NCBI GenBank assembly: GCA_027021705.1
Contig: JALUTT010000092.1
Location: 1 to 64,000 of the forward strand
Source: Anaerolineae bacterium
GTDB lineage: Bacteria; Chloroflexota; Anaerolineae; S140-20
Direction: 5' to 3'
Length of the DNA: 64,000 bases
Under the pieces are notes generated by a model. The model did no database searches. It worked only from the letters and a program-made list of their open reading frames with translations, and was not told where the DNA came from. Shown here piece by piece: positions 39,683 through 49,399 of this stretch (position 1 is the stretch's first letter; each line of letters opens with the position of its first letter). A program made the translations under genes and the position numbers.

Positions 39683-40462
39683 GTGAGGGTGGCCCGACTG
39701 ATCTCCTTCCATTCCTTTCGAGGTGGGACGGGCAAGTCCAACATCACCGCCAACGTGGCAACGGCGGTAGCTCAGGCCGGCTATCGTGTGGGCGTCGTGG
39801 ATACCGACATCCAATCACCAGGCATCCACACCATCTTCCGGTTGGATGAAGGACAGATCCACCGAACCCTGAACGACTACCTGTGGGGACGGTGCGCCGC
39901 CGAGGAGACCGCCTACGACGTGAGCCGCCGGCTGGGGCTGCAAACGGGTCGCCTCTTTCTCGTCCCTTCCAGCATGGATATGTGGGACATCTCCCGCGTG
40001 CTGCACGAAGGGTACGATGCCCGCCAACTCCGCGATGGCTTCAAGACCCTCATCCGCACGCTGGACTTGGACTACCTCCTGATAGATACCCATCCGGGGT
40101 TGAACGAGGAAACATTGCTCTCCATCGCCATCAGCCACATCCTGGTGGTGATCCTGCGCCCCGACGCTCAGGACTACCAGGGCACCAGCGTCACGCTGGA
40201 AGTGGCCCGCAAGCTGAGCGTCCCCCGCATCTACCTGGTGCTCAACAAGGTGCTGCCTGACCTGGACGCTAGGGCACTGCAGCGGGTGGTAGAGGAGCGC
40301 TATCGGACGCCCATCGGGGCGATCCTGCCCCTGTGCGAGGAACTGGTGCGCCTGGGCAGCGAGGGGGTCTTCCTCCTCCAGCAGCCCAACCACCCCTTCT
40401 CCCAAAGGATCCGAGAGTTGGCGGAGACCATCCTGGGTCCCGCCGAGAGCCCCCAACCGTGA
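39683..40462 (+). CDS. MinD/ParA family ATPase
   Basis: HSFRGGTGKS deviant Walker A, VVDTDIQSPG, YLLIDTHPG, VLNKV. Confidence 0.9.
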   Translation: MRVARLISFHSFRGGTGKSNITANVATAVAQAGYRVGVVDTDIQSPGIHTIFRLDEGQIHRTLNDYLWGRCAAEETAYDVSRRLGLQTGRLFLVPSSMDMWDISRVLHEGYDARQLRDGFKTLIRTLDLDYLLIDTHPGLNEETLLSIAISHILVVILRPDAQDYQGTSVTLEVARKLSVPRIYLVLNKVLPDLDARALQRVVEERYRTPIGAILPLCEELVRLGSEGVFLLQQPNHPFSQRIRELAETILGPAESPQP

Positions 40463-40468
40463 TGGACT

Positions 40469-42412
40469 ATGGCTGAGCAAGAATCTCTCTCCTGGCTGGC
40501 TGGCAACCAAATCTACACCCACCGGCGGGCTGAAGGTATCAGCGGGATGGAGATCCTGGCCCTACCCGAAGGGCTGCGCCTGCTGGTCAACGAAGTGCTG
40601 CGACAGGAGCCGGCCCAGGCCGACGAACTGGCCCAGGCCCTGGGGCGGGACCGGGAGACGGTGGAACAGGAGTTGGCCCTGCTGGTCGCCCAGGGCTGGC
40701 TGGAACGGCTCTCCACCCCCGATGGCCCCCGCTACCAGGTCCGGCTGGGTCGCCGTCGCCGCCGCAGCCTACCGCCTGGAATCTGGCAGACGCTGGAAGG
40801 GGTCTGGCGGATGCCCCTCTTCCGCGCCTTCAGCGAAACGGAGTTGGCCGACTTCACCGACGCCTTTCGACAACAATCTCTTCAGGCCGGCGAAGTGCTC
40901 TTTGAGGAAGGGACCTGGGGGGACACGCTCTACCTGGTGGACAGCGGCGAGATCGAGCTGATGACCACGGACATTGAAGGCCGTCCCGTCGTCCTGCGCC
41001 GCTTGCGGGCCGGCGATGTGGTGGGCGAGGCCGCCGTCCTGATCGGCGAACGCTACGCCTTCACCGCCCGGGCCGTCGAGCCCAGCCAGGTCTGGACCCT
41101 GCGCCGGGCAGACCTGGCCCGCCTACTGGCTCAGGACCCTTCTACCGCGCTCCTCTTGGAGCGGGAGCTGAGCGGCCGAGGAGGGGCCACGCCCGCCGAC
41201 AGCCCCCCCGCCCTCAATCCGGTCCTCTTCGTCGGACCAGGCATCGTCGAATTCCTCCAGGTGGTGACCCACTACACTCGCTGCCCCATCACGTTGCTGG
41301 ATCTGCGGCGGGTCTCCCCTACCATCGCCAACCTGCTGGGAAAGCAGGTGGCCTACCGGCCAGCCTGGCGGATGGACGGCAGGAGCCTCTCCCGGGCAAT
41401 CCGGGAGGCTCTGGAAGCCGGCCGTTGGACCTTTGTGGCAGTGCCTCCCACCGATCAACCCTCCTCAGCGCTGATGGGGGTGATCAGCCTGATGGAACTG
41501 ATGATTGATCTCAGCGGCAAGGATCTGCCTTGGATCATCGCTGCCGCTCGTCGCCGCTGGGTCATCCCCGCCGGACCCCGGGTCAACTTGGACCGATTGG
41601 CCCGCCAACTGACGGGACGGACCGTGGGGCTGGTCTTCTCGGGGGGGCTGGCCCGTGCCCTGGCCCACATTGGCGTCCTGCGGGCTCTGCTCCGGGCCAA
41701 GGTCCCGGTGGATGGGGTGACCGGCACCGGGCTGGGGGCAGTCATCGCAGCCCTCTACGCCGCCGATTTCTCCCCCGATGAGATCGCCCAGCGGGTTCAA
41801 CGCGCTCCTCAGGAGCTTAGCCCCTTCGACGGCGGGCGGAACCTGCGCCTGGCCAACCGGGCTGGCCTCTACACCGGCCGGCGGGCTCGCATCGCTCTGC
41901 AGCGCTGGCTGGACGGCCGCTCCTTTGAGGACCTGGTGATCCCCTTTTGCCTGCCGGCCACCGATCTGCGGCGCGGTCAGACCCTTGTCCTGGAGGAAGG
42001 CCCCCTGGCCCAGGCCCTGGAGGTCGCGCTGGCCCTCCCCGGCCTGGTCGTGCCGGTGGAGCGGGACGGGGCGTGGCTGGTGGATGGGTGGCTGCACAAC
42101 CCGCTGCCTGCCCACCTTCTCCGTCAACAGGGCATCGGCCTGATCATCGGCATCAACACCCTCCCAGGACCGCCCTCGGAGCCCCGGGAGACCTCGCTCG
42201 ACCTGACCCGCACCTGGCTGGAGATTCAGACCCGGCTGGCCCACGCCGCGATGCTCCGCCACCTCTCCGACCTGGACTTCCTCATCACGGTCCCCCTGGA
42301 CAACGTGGCCGAGACCGACTTCGACCGGGCAGAGGAGATCATCGTCCGGGGGGAGGAGGCAGCGGAGCGACAAATGGACATCCTGCGTGATCTGCTGCGG
42401 CTGGAGTGGTAG
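40469..42412 (+). CDS. Winged-helix + cNMP-binding + patatin-like fusion protein
   Basis: N-terminal ELAQAL......V...L..LV..GWL; cNMP domain GEVLF.EG..GD.LY.V.SG; patatin GLVFSGG.AR..AHIGVL, ATDL..G, LVDG. Confidence 0.85.
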   Translation: MAEQESLSWLAGNQIYTHRRAEGISGMEILALPEGLRLLVNEVLRQEPAQADELAQALGRDRETVEQELALLVAQGWLERLSTPDGPRYQVRLGRRRRRSLPPGIWQTLEGVWRMPLFRAFSETELADFTDAFRQQSLQAGEVLFEEGTWGDTLYLVDSGEIELMTTDIEGRPVVLRRLRAGDVVGEAAVLIGERYAFTARAVEPSQVWTLRRADLARLLAQDPSTALLLERELSGRGGATPADSPPALNPVLFVGPGIVEFLQVVTHYTRCPITLLDLRRVSPTIANLLGKQVAYRPAWRMDGRSLSRAIREALEAGRWTFVAVPPTDQPSSALMGVISLMELMIDLSGKDLPWIIAAARRRWVIPAGPRVNLDRLARQLTGRTVGLVFSGGLARALAHIGVLRALLRAKVPVDGVTGTGLGAVIAALYAADFSPDEIAQRVQRAPQELSPFDGGRNLRLANRAGLYTGRRARIALQRWLDGRSFEDLVIPFCLPATDLRRGQTLVLEEGPLAQALEVALALPGLVVPVERDGAWLVDGWLHNPLPAHLLRQQGIGLIIGINTLPGPPSEPRETSLDLTRTWLEIQTRLAHAAMLRHLSDLDFLITVPLDNVAETDFDRAEEIIVRGEEAAERQMDILRDLLRLEW

Positions 42413-42456
42413 CGGATTGCGGATTGCAAATGGCGAATTGCCCATTGTGGATTGCA
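42413..42456. repeat. Degenerate heptanucleotide repeat (CGGATTG-type)
   Basis: cggattg cggattg caaatgg cgaattg cccattg tggattg. Confidence 0.65.
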
Positions 42457-42475
42457 GGTTGCGTTGGAGGAGGCG

Positions 42476-42862
42476 ATGTCCAAGAAGATCCTGATCGTGG
42501 ATGACGAAATCTACATCCGGGTGCTGCTGGAGCAGACGCTGGAGGACTTCGAGGACGCCGGCGTTGAACTGCTGGCCGTGGGCGATGGCCTAGAGGCGTG
42601 GGAGGTCGCCCGAACCGAGCGCCCCGACCTCATCATCCTAGACGTGATGATGCCCGGCCTCTCAGGCTATGAGGTCTGCCAGCGCATCAAGAGCGACCCC
42701 GATCTCTCCGACATCCACGTCATCATGCTCACCGCCAAGGGGCAAGAGATAGACCGGCTGCGCAGCATCGAGGTGGGCGCCGATGAGTACATCACCAAGC
42801 CCTTCGATCCCGACTACCTCATCGAGCGCACTGCCGACGTGCTGGGCGTCAGCATCGCGTAG
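42476..42862 (+). CDS. Single-domain response regulator (receiver)
   Basis: ILIVDDE, LDVMMP, MLTA, YITKPF. Confidence 0.95.
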   Translation: MSKKILIVDDEIYIRVLLEQTLEDFEDAGVELLAVGDGLEAWEVARTERPDLIILDVMMPGLSGYEVCQRIKSDPDLSDIHVIMLTAKGQEIDRLRSIEVGADEYITKPFDPDYLIERTADVLGVSIA

Positions 42863-42874
42863 AGGATCGTACCC

Positions 42875-45649
42875 ATGCAGGCTCCCCAGGAGGCCCTGCA
42901 ACAGGAACAACGCCTTTTCCAGGCCCTCCAGATCCTCTCAGCCCGCATCACCACTTTCCACGATCGGGACCCGCTGCTGGAGGCACTGGTACAGGGCGTG
43001 ACGGAGGTCTTGGGCTATTACAACGCCCGGGTCTTCCTGCTGGACGAAGGGCGGGAGGAGCTCTACCTGGTCGCCTCCGCTCGACCCCCCGCGCCATCGG
43101 TGGACACACCGCGCTTTCGGATCGGTCCTGAGGGGGCCATCGGGCGGGTGGCCAGTAGCGAGGCCCCCCTTCTGATCCCCGACGTGGCTCAGTGCGATTT
43201 CTCCACGCCCTCGGACCCGGCAATCCGCTCTGAGATGGCCGTCCCGATGTTCGTGGGCGGCCGGCTGGTGGGTGTCCTCGATGTTGAGAGCGATCGCCCT
43301 CACGCCTTTCAGGCCCAAGACCTGGCAGTGATGACGGCTCTGGCCAACCAGACCGCAGCCGCCCTCGAGGCTGCCCGCCTGCTGCAGGAGAGCCGGACCA
43401 CGACCATCGCTCTGGAGCAGCAGGCCCGCAACCTGATGCTCATCAACCGCATCTCCACGACCCTGGCCTCCTCGCTGGACGCCTACGAGATCCTCGACGT
43501 GAGCCTCCGGCACCTGGTAGAGCTGAGCGAGGCGGACTACGGAGGCGTCCTCATCGTGGAGCGGGGGCGGGAGCGGGGCCTGATCGCCGCCGAATACCCC
43601 TTCCGCCGCCTCACCGGCACCCGTCTCCCTCTGCCCCACCTCCCCTCGGCCCGACGAATGCTGGAGGCGGGGATCCCCTACGCCATCAAGGATGCCCTCC
43701 ACCATCCACTCCTGGACCCCCTGCGAGAGCAGATCGCCCCCCTGGACATCCGCTCGTTGCTCCTGGTCCCGATGGTAGCCCGGGACGAGATGATCGGCAT
43801 CTTGCTGCTGGCCTCCCTGGGGCGACGTCGGACCTTCAACGACGAGGAGATGGAACTCTGCCAGACGGTGGTCAACCAAGCGGCTGCCGCCATCGCCAAC
43901 GCCCGCCTCCTGCAGGACATTCAGCAGCAGAGCCGCGCCTTGGCCCGCAAGAGCCAGGAGCTGGCCGAGGAGTCGAGCAAGCTGGACGCCATCCTCAACA
44001 ACATCGCCGACGGCCTGGTGGTGACCGATCCCACAGGGCGCATCATCCTGAGCAATCCGGCCTTCCGTGAGATGGCCGGGCTACCCTCGGGCCGATCCTT
44101 GCGGGGGCGTCTGCTGGCGGAATCCTTCCCCGTGGCCGGCCTGCAGCCCCTCGCCGACCAAGCCCTGCACGCCCCTGGTCAGGTCTTCACCGAGAACCTG
44201 GAGCTGCCTGATGGTCGGGTCTTGAAGACCTCGGCCACCGCCCTCCGCCTCCCTCCGCCCGTCCTGGAGCCAGAGCAGGGCGAGCAGATCGCCGGCGTCG
44301 TCACCGTCCTGCGGGACATCACCCACGAGGTGGAAGTAGATCGGATGAAGACCGATTTTATCTCCGCCGTCTCCCACGAGCTGCGCACCCCGCTCACCTC
44401 GATCCTCGGCTTTGCCAGCCTGATCCAGCGGGAGTTTCGCCGCCGCATCGCCCCCCACGTAGCTGCCGACGACCGTGCCCGCCAAGTTGCCGACCGCATT
44501 CTAGACAACCTGACGATCATCGAGCGGGAAAGCCGGCGGCTCACCCGGCTCATCAACGACGTGCTGGACATCGCCAAGATGGAAGCAGGACGGGTGGAGT
44601 GGCACATGGCGGAGACCGACCTCTCCGGCGTCATCCAGAGCGCCGTGGCTGCCACCTCCGCCTTGGCCGAGGAGAAGAACTTGCCCATCCAGGTCTACCT
44701 ACCCCCGGAGGGGCTGCCTCCCGTCTGGGGGGACCGGGACCGACTCATTCAGGTGATGACCAACCTGCTCTCCAACGCCATCAAGTTCACCGAGCGGGGA
44801 CAGGTTGAGGTGCGCGGCTGGCGGCTGACCGTCGAAGGTGAGACCCTTCGGTGCGCCGGCCCCTTCCCGATCCCCTACGAGCCGGCCTCCGAGATCCAGG
44901 AGACCCTCACCGGCCTCCACTTCTCCGACGGCGAATGGGTGGTCGTGAGCGTTGTGGACACAGGCATCGGCATTCCCGACGAAGACCTGCCCCGCGTCTT
45001 CGAGAAGTTTACCCAGGTGGGGGATACGCTGACCGAGAAGCCCCGAGGGACGGGACTGGGGCTTTCCATCTGCCGAGAGATCATCGAGCACCACGGGGGA
45101 CGTATCTGGGCGCGAAGCCGGTTCGGCCTGGGCAGCACCTTCTCCTTCGCTCTCCCCTTGAAGGTCGCGCCGGCTTCCGGTCGGACACGACCAGCGGCCT
45201 GGTCTCCTGGCACCGTTGCCAAGCCCATCACTGCCCACTCCATCTCTGCCACCGCTCCCGCCCTTCCCAGCCGGGGACGGGGGCATACCATTCTGGTGGC
45301 CGACGACGAGGCCAACATCCGGCGTATGTTGCGCCAGGAGCTGAGTGAGGCGGGGTACCGGGTCATCGAGGCCGCCGACGGAGCCGAAGCGCTGGCCCAG
45401 GCCCGCCAGGAACAGCCTGACCTCATCGTCTTGGATGTGATGATGCCCGGCGTCTCCGGCTTCGATGTCACCAGCGCCCTCAAGGCCGACGAACGTACCC
45501 AGAAGATCCCCATCGTCATTCTCTCCATCGTCGAGGACCGGGAGCGGGGGCTGCGGCTGGGGGCCGACGCCTACCTGACCAAGCCGGTGGACACGGTTCG
45601 TCTGCTGAAAGTGGTGGAAACGTTAATTGCGACGAGGGGCTTGGAGTGA
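42875..45649 (+). CDS. Hybrid histidine kinase GAF-GAF-PAS-HisKA-HATPase-REC
   Basis: Two GAFs, PAS (IADGLVVTD..G), SHELRTPL, NLLSNAIKF, GTGLGL, receiver LDVMMP and YLTKP. Confidence 0.93.
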   Translation: MQAPQEALQQEQRLFQALQILSARITTFHDRDPLLEALVQGVTEVLGYYNARVFLLDEGREELYLVASARPPAPSVDTPRFRIGPEGAIGRVASSEAPLLIPDVAQCDFSTPSDPAIRSEMAVPMFVGGRLVGVLDVESDRPHAFQAQDLAVMTALANQTAAALEAARLLQESRTTTIALEQQARNLMLINRISTTLASSLDAYEILDVSLRHLVELSEADYGGVLIVERGRERGLIAAEYPFRRLTGTRLPLPHLPSARRMLEAGIPYAIKDALHHPLLDPLREQIAPLDIRSLLLVPMVARDEMIGILLLASLGRRRTFNDEEMELCQTVVNQAAAAIANARLLQDIQQQSRALARKSQELAEESSKLDAILNNIADGLVVTDPTGRIILSNPAFREMAGLPSGRSLRGRLLAESFPVAGLQPLADQALHAPGQVFTENLELPDGRVLKTSATALRLPPPVLEPEQGEQIAGVVTVLRDITHEVEVDRMKTDFISAVSHELRTPLTSILGFASLIQREFRRRIAPHVAADDRARQVADRILDNLTIIERESRRLTRLINDVLDIAKMEAGRVEWHMAETDLSGVIQSAVAATSALAEEKNLPIQVYLPPEGLPPVWGDRDRLIQVMTNLLSNAIKFTERGQVEVRGWRLTVEGETLRCAGPFPIPYEPASEIQETLTGLHFSDGEWVVVSVVDTGIGIPDEDLPRVFEKFTQVGDTLTEKPRGTGLGLSICREIIEHHGGRIWARSRFGLGSTFSFALPLKVAPASGRTRPAAWSPGTVAKPITAHSISATAPALPSRGRGHTILVADDEANIRRMLRQELSEAGYRVIEAADGAEALAQARQEQPDLIVLDVMMPGVSGFDVTSALKADERTQKIPIVILSIVEDRERGLRLGADAYLTKPVDTVRLLKVVETLIATRGLE

Positions 45650-48600
45650 AGATGAGAGCGCTGCGGACCGGTTACTTGCGCTTCCTCGTCTTGGCGCTGG
45701 GCATGGCCATCCTGCTCTACGGCCTTGCCCTCTTCGCCCTGATCGTGCGGCTCCCCCACGATGGCTACAGCGTCCACTTCTCCCGGGAGGGAGTTGTCGT
45801 GGACCAGGCCAACCTGATCGGCCCGCTCCGGGTGGGTGACGTGATCACCAACATCGCCGATCACCCCGTGCACGCCGATCTGATGAAGCCGGGGGAGTGG
45901 TATCGGCGGCTCTTCGCGAAGGCGGAGCGCCTCCTTACGTACCAGGTGCGTCGAGATGCGGAGACGTTGCTGTTGACTGTGGACCTGGCCCGACCCATTT
46001 CGGGGGCCCTGCTGGCCCACGTCGGCGTGCTCTACGTGATCGGCCTCACTTTCGTCCTCAGTGGTTTGCTGGTCGCCTTCCACCGAGGAGGGGGGAAGGG
46101 GGATCGGGCCGGCCGCTTGATCGCGGTCACCTTTCTCCTGGAGGGGCTCAACCTCTTCACCAACACGACCAACGCTGCCGGTGCCAACCTGGCCGTTGCC
46201 TTCTTCTGGATCACTGTCCCGTTGGACGTGATCTCCTTTTGGCTGGTCCTCAGCTTCTTCCTCCACAGCTTTCTCGTCTTCCCCGAAGAGGTGAGTTGGA
46301 TCCGACGCCGCTCTTGGGTGGTGCCGACCATCCACCTGGTGAACCCCGTGGTCGCTGGCCTGGGGAGCTGGCTGCTGGGCGGAGGAGAGGTCCTGCCCAC
46401 CCGAGCCATTCTCTTCCGCCTCAGTTACCCCATCGGCGGGTTGATGCTCCTGATGGGAGTGGGGCGGCTCATCTACCTCTACCGGACCACCCATCGTCCT
46501 CTGGTGCGCACCCAGATCCGCTGGCTGGTCTGGGGGCTGGTGGTGGGAACGCTACCCTGGTTGCTCTTCTTCAACCTCCCGATCATCCTTAGTGGGGAGC
46601 CTCTCCTTCCCTTGGGGCTGACCCTGGTGCCCCTCATCGCCATTCCCATCACCTTCACCTTCGCCGTGACCCGCTACCGGCTGCTTTCCATTGATCGGCT
46701 CATCAACCGGAGCCTGGTCTACGGAGCGCTGAGCCTCGTCCTGGTCGTTTTCTACTTTGCCACCGTCGCCCTCTTCAGCCGGATGGTGCAGATCGCGGCC
46801 GCCGGGGTGGAGGACACGACCATCGTCTTCTTCTCCACCTTGCTGGTCGCGCTTCTCTTCCTGCCGGCCCGCCAGCGCATCCAGGCAGCCATTGACCGCA
46901 CCTTCTACCGGCACAAGATCACCTTCCAGCAGGTGCCGGCCCAAGTTGGCCGGGAGCTGAGCACTACCCTCGTCTTCGATCAACTGACCACCCTCCTGAC
47001 GGAACGTCTCCCCCGGCAACTGGAGATCGCTGGCGCGGTCCTCTACATCCTCGACGAAGAGGCCTCCCGGTTCACCCCTCACGGCTCCCTGACAGGGGAA
47101 CCAATCCCCGCCCAGGCTCCCTTCCTCACCCCGCTGCGAGGGGGGAACAAGCCCCTCGTCTGGACGGGCGAGGAAGGGAAGGATGGCCTGTGGACTGTCG
47201 CCCCATCGGTAGCCCTCTGGCTGCCCCTCGTAGGGCGGGGCGGGCTCATCGGCCTCTATGGGCTGGGGGTCAAGGAGTCGGGGGACCTCTACACCGATGA
47301 GGAGATCGAGTCTCTGCGCCTCCTGAGCCACCAGATCGCCATCGCTGTGGAGAACGCCCGCCTCTACCGCCAGGTGGAGGCTTACAGCAAAGGGTTGGAA
47401 GCCCAGGTCCAGGAGCGCACCCAGGCCCTGGAGGCGGCCAACCAGGCCCTCTGCCAGGAGAAGAGCAAGCTGGACGCGGTGATCCACAACATCGCCGACG
47501 GCCTGGTCGTAACCGATTCTGCCGGGCACATCCTCCTGACCAACCCTGTCTTCCAGCGGATGGTGGGCCAGCCAGCGACGTGGCTTCGGGGGCAGTCCTT
47601 GGCCGATCTCCCCTTTGACGAAGGGCTGGTCATGGTCGTCGCCCAGGCGCTGGAGGAGGTCGGTCAGGTCTTCACCACCGACGTTCAGGCAGCTAAGCGC
47701 ATCTATCGGGCCTCGGCCACCGCTCTCCAGACCGATGGACGGGCCACCGGCGTCGTCACCGTGCTGCGGGACGTCACCCACGAGGTGGAGGTGGACCGGA
47801 TGAAGACCGACTTCATCTCCACCGTTTCCCACGAGCTGCGCACCCCCCTCACCTCTGTCCTGGGATTCGCCCGCCTCATCCGCAAGGCTTTCGAGCGGGA
47901 GATCGTCCCGGTCCTGCCGGAGGTACGCCAGGTCCAGCGGGCCAAGAAACGGATCCTGGACAACCTGACCATCATCGAGAGCGAGAGCCAGCGGCTCACC
48001 CGCCTCATCAACGACGTGCTGGACATCGCCAAGATGGAAGCAGGGCGGATGGAGTGGCATATGGAGGAGACCGACCTGGGCGAGGTGATCCGACAGGCCA
48101 TCGCCGCCACCACTGCCCTGGCCGGCGAGAAAGGGCTGCCCATCCAGGTTGACCTTCCCGCGGAGGGGCTGCCCCCCATCTGGGGAGATCGAGACCGACT
48201 GATCCAGGTGATGACCAACCTGCTCTCCAACGCCATCAAGTTCACCGAGCGGGGCCGGATCGAGGTGCGCGGCGAGGTGATCCCGGCAGAGGCCGTGGCC
48301 ACCCTGCGATCAGGAGACGCTCCCCTGCCACCGGGGGAGTGGGTAGCGGTCCATGTGACCGACACCGGCGTGGGCATCCGGGCCGAGGACTTGCCCCACG
48401 TCTTCGAAAAGTTCCGCCAGGTGGGGAACGCGCTGACCAACCGCCCCCGGGGCACCGGGTTGGGGCTCTCCATTTGCAAGGAGATCGTTGAGCACCACGG
48501 AGGTCGGATCTGGGTCGAGAGCCAGGTAGGGGTGGGCAGTACTTTTTCCTTTGCACTGCCGCTGACCGGGACAGGGGCTGTGCCGGAATCCCCGGCCGAG

Positions 48601-49386
48601 CCCAAGCTGACCCCGCTGGTGGAGATCCGACGACGAGTCGAAGCTCAGCTTCCCCTGCCCCCATCGGGGACGAAGACGATCCTGGTGGCCGACGACGAGG
48701 CCAACATCCGCGAACTGCTCCGGCAGGAGTTGGCCGAGGCCGGCTACCGGGTCATCGAGGCCGCCGATGGGCCGGAGGCGCTGGAGAAGGCCCGTCGGGA
48801 GCGGCCCGACCTGATCATCCTGGACGTGATGATGCCCGGTGTCTCCGGCTTCGACGTCACCAGCGTGCTCAAAGCCGACGAGCAGACCCAGGAGATTCCC
48901 ATCCTCATCCTCTCCATCATCGAGGATCGGGAGCGGGGGCTGCGACTGGGAGCCGACGCCTACCTGACCAAGCCGGTCGAGGTGGATGCCCTGTTGACGA
49001 CCATCGCCCGCCTCCTGGCGAAGGACCAGGGTCCCATCCGGCGCAAGGTCCTGGTCATTGACCGAGACCAGTCGGCGGTGGAAGCCATCACCCGCACGCT
49101 GCGGGAACGCGGCTACGAGGTCGTCGAGGCTTACGACCCACGCGGGGCGATCCTGAAGGCCCGGCGGGAGAAACCGGACTTGGTCATCCTGGACGCGATG
49201 ATCTCCCAAATGAACGACTACGAAGTGCTCAAGGCGCTGCGTTATCAGGACCGAGAGGGACGGACCTGCATCATCGTCCTGGCGGGGGAGGTCTCGCCCC
49301 AGCAGGAGGCCGAAGCTCGGCGGCAGGGGGCCGATGACGTGGCGCGGCGGGAAGACCTGCCCGACCTGCTGGATGAAGGTCGGTAA
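45646..49386 (+). CDS. Membrane hybrid histidine kinase: PDZ-like/multi-TM-GAF-PAS-HisKA-HATPase-REC-REC
   Basis: LRVGDVI..I PDZ-like loop, many TM helices, SHELRTPL, two receivers (second atypical). Confidence 0.9.
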   Translation: MKMRALRTGYLRFLVLALGMAILLYGLALFALIVRLPHDGYSVHFSREGVVVDQANLIGPLRVGDVITNIADHPVHADLMKPGEWYRRLFAKAERLLTYQVRRDAETLLLTVDLARPISGALLAHVGVLYVIGLTFVLSGLLVAFHRGGGKGDRAGRLIAVTFLLEGLNLFTNTTNAAGANLAVAFFWITVPLDVISFWLVLSFFLHSFLVFPEEVSWIRRRSWVVPTIHLVNPVVAGLGSWLLGGGEVLPTRAILFRLSYPIGGLMLLMGVGRLIYLYRTTHRPLVRTQIRWLVWGLVVGTLPWLLFFNLPIILSGEPLLPLGLTLVPLIAIPITFTFAVTRYRLLSIDRLINRSLVYGALSLVLVVFYFATVALFSRMVQIAAAGVEDTTIVFFSTLLVALLFLPARQRIQAAIDRTFYRHKITFQQVPAQVGRELSTTLVFDQLTTLLTERLPRQLEIAGAVLYILDEEASRFTPHGSLTGEPIPAQAPFLTPLRGGNKPLVWTGEEGKDGLWTVAPSVALWLPLVGRGGLIGLYGLGVKESGDLYTDEEIESLRLLSHQIAIAVENARLYRQVEAYSKGLEAQVQERTQALEAANQALCQEKSKLDAVIHNIADGLVVTDSAGHILLTNPVFQRMVGQPATWLRGQSLADLPFDEGLVMVVAQALEEVGQVFTTDVQAAKRIYRASATALQTDGRATGVVTVLRDVTHEVEVDRMKTDFISTVSHELRTPLTSVLGFARLIRKAFEREIVPVLPEVRQVQRAKKRILDNLTIIESESQRLTRLINDVLDIAKMEAGRMEWHMEETDLGEVIRQAIAATTALAGEKGLPIQVDLPAEGLPPIWGDRDRLIQVMTNLLSNAIKFTERGRIEVRGEVIPAEAVATLRSGDAPLPPGEWVAVHVTDTGVGIRAEDLPHVFEKFRQVGNALTNRPRGTGLGLSICKEIVEHHGGRIWVESQVGVGSTFSFALPLTGTGAVPESPAEPKLTPLVEIRRRVEAQLPLPPSGTKTILVADDEANIRELLRQELAEAGYRVIEAADGPEALEKARRERPDLIILDVMMPGVSGFDVTSVLKADEQTQEIPILILSIIEDRERGLRLGADAYLTKPVEVDALLTTIARLLAKDQGPIRRKVLVIDRDQSAVEAITRTLRERGYEVVEAYDPRGAILKARREKPDLVILDAMISQMNDYEVLKALRYQDREGRTCIIVLAGEVSPQQEAEARRQGADDVARREDLPDLLDEGR

Positions 49387-49399
49387 AGGGTGAGGTAAG

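Noticed and set aside
39683..40462. Cell-division minD or partition parA
   Set aside because: No minC/minE or parB nearby, no membrane-targeting helix, variant Walker A
40469..42412. CBASS-like defence (patatin effector plus nucleotide cyclase)
   Set aside because: The cyclase is class III rather than a CD-NTase, the patatin lacks its Ser, and the context is two-component signalling
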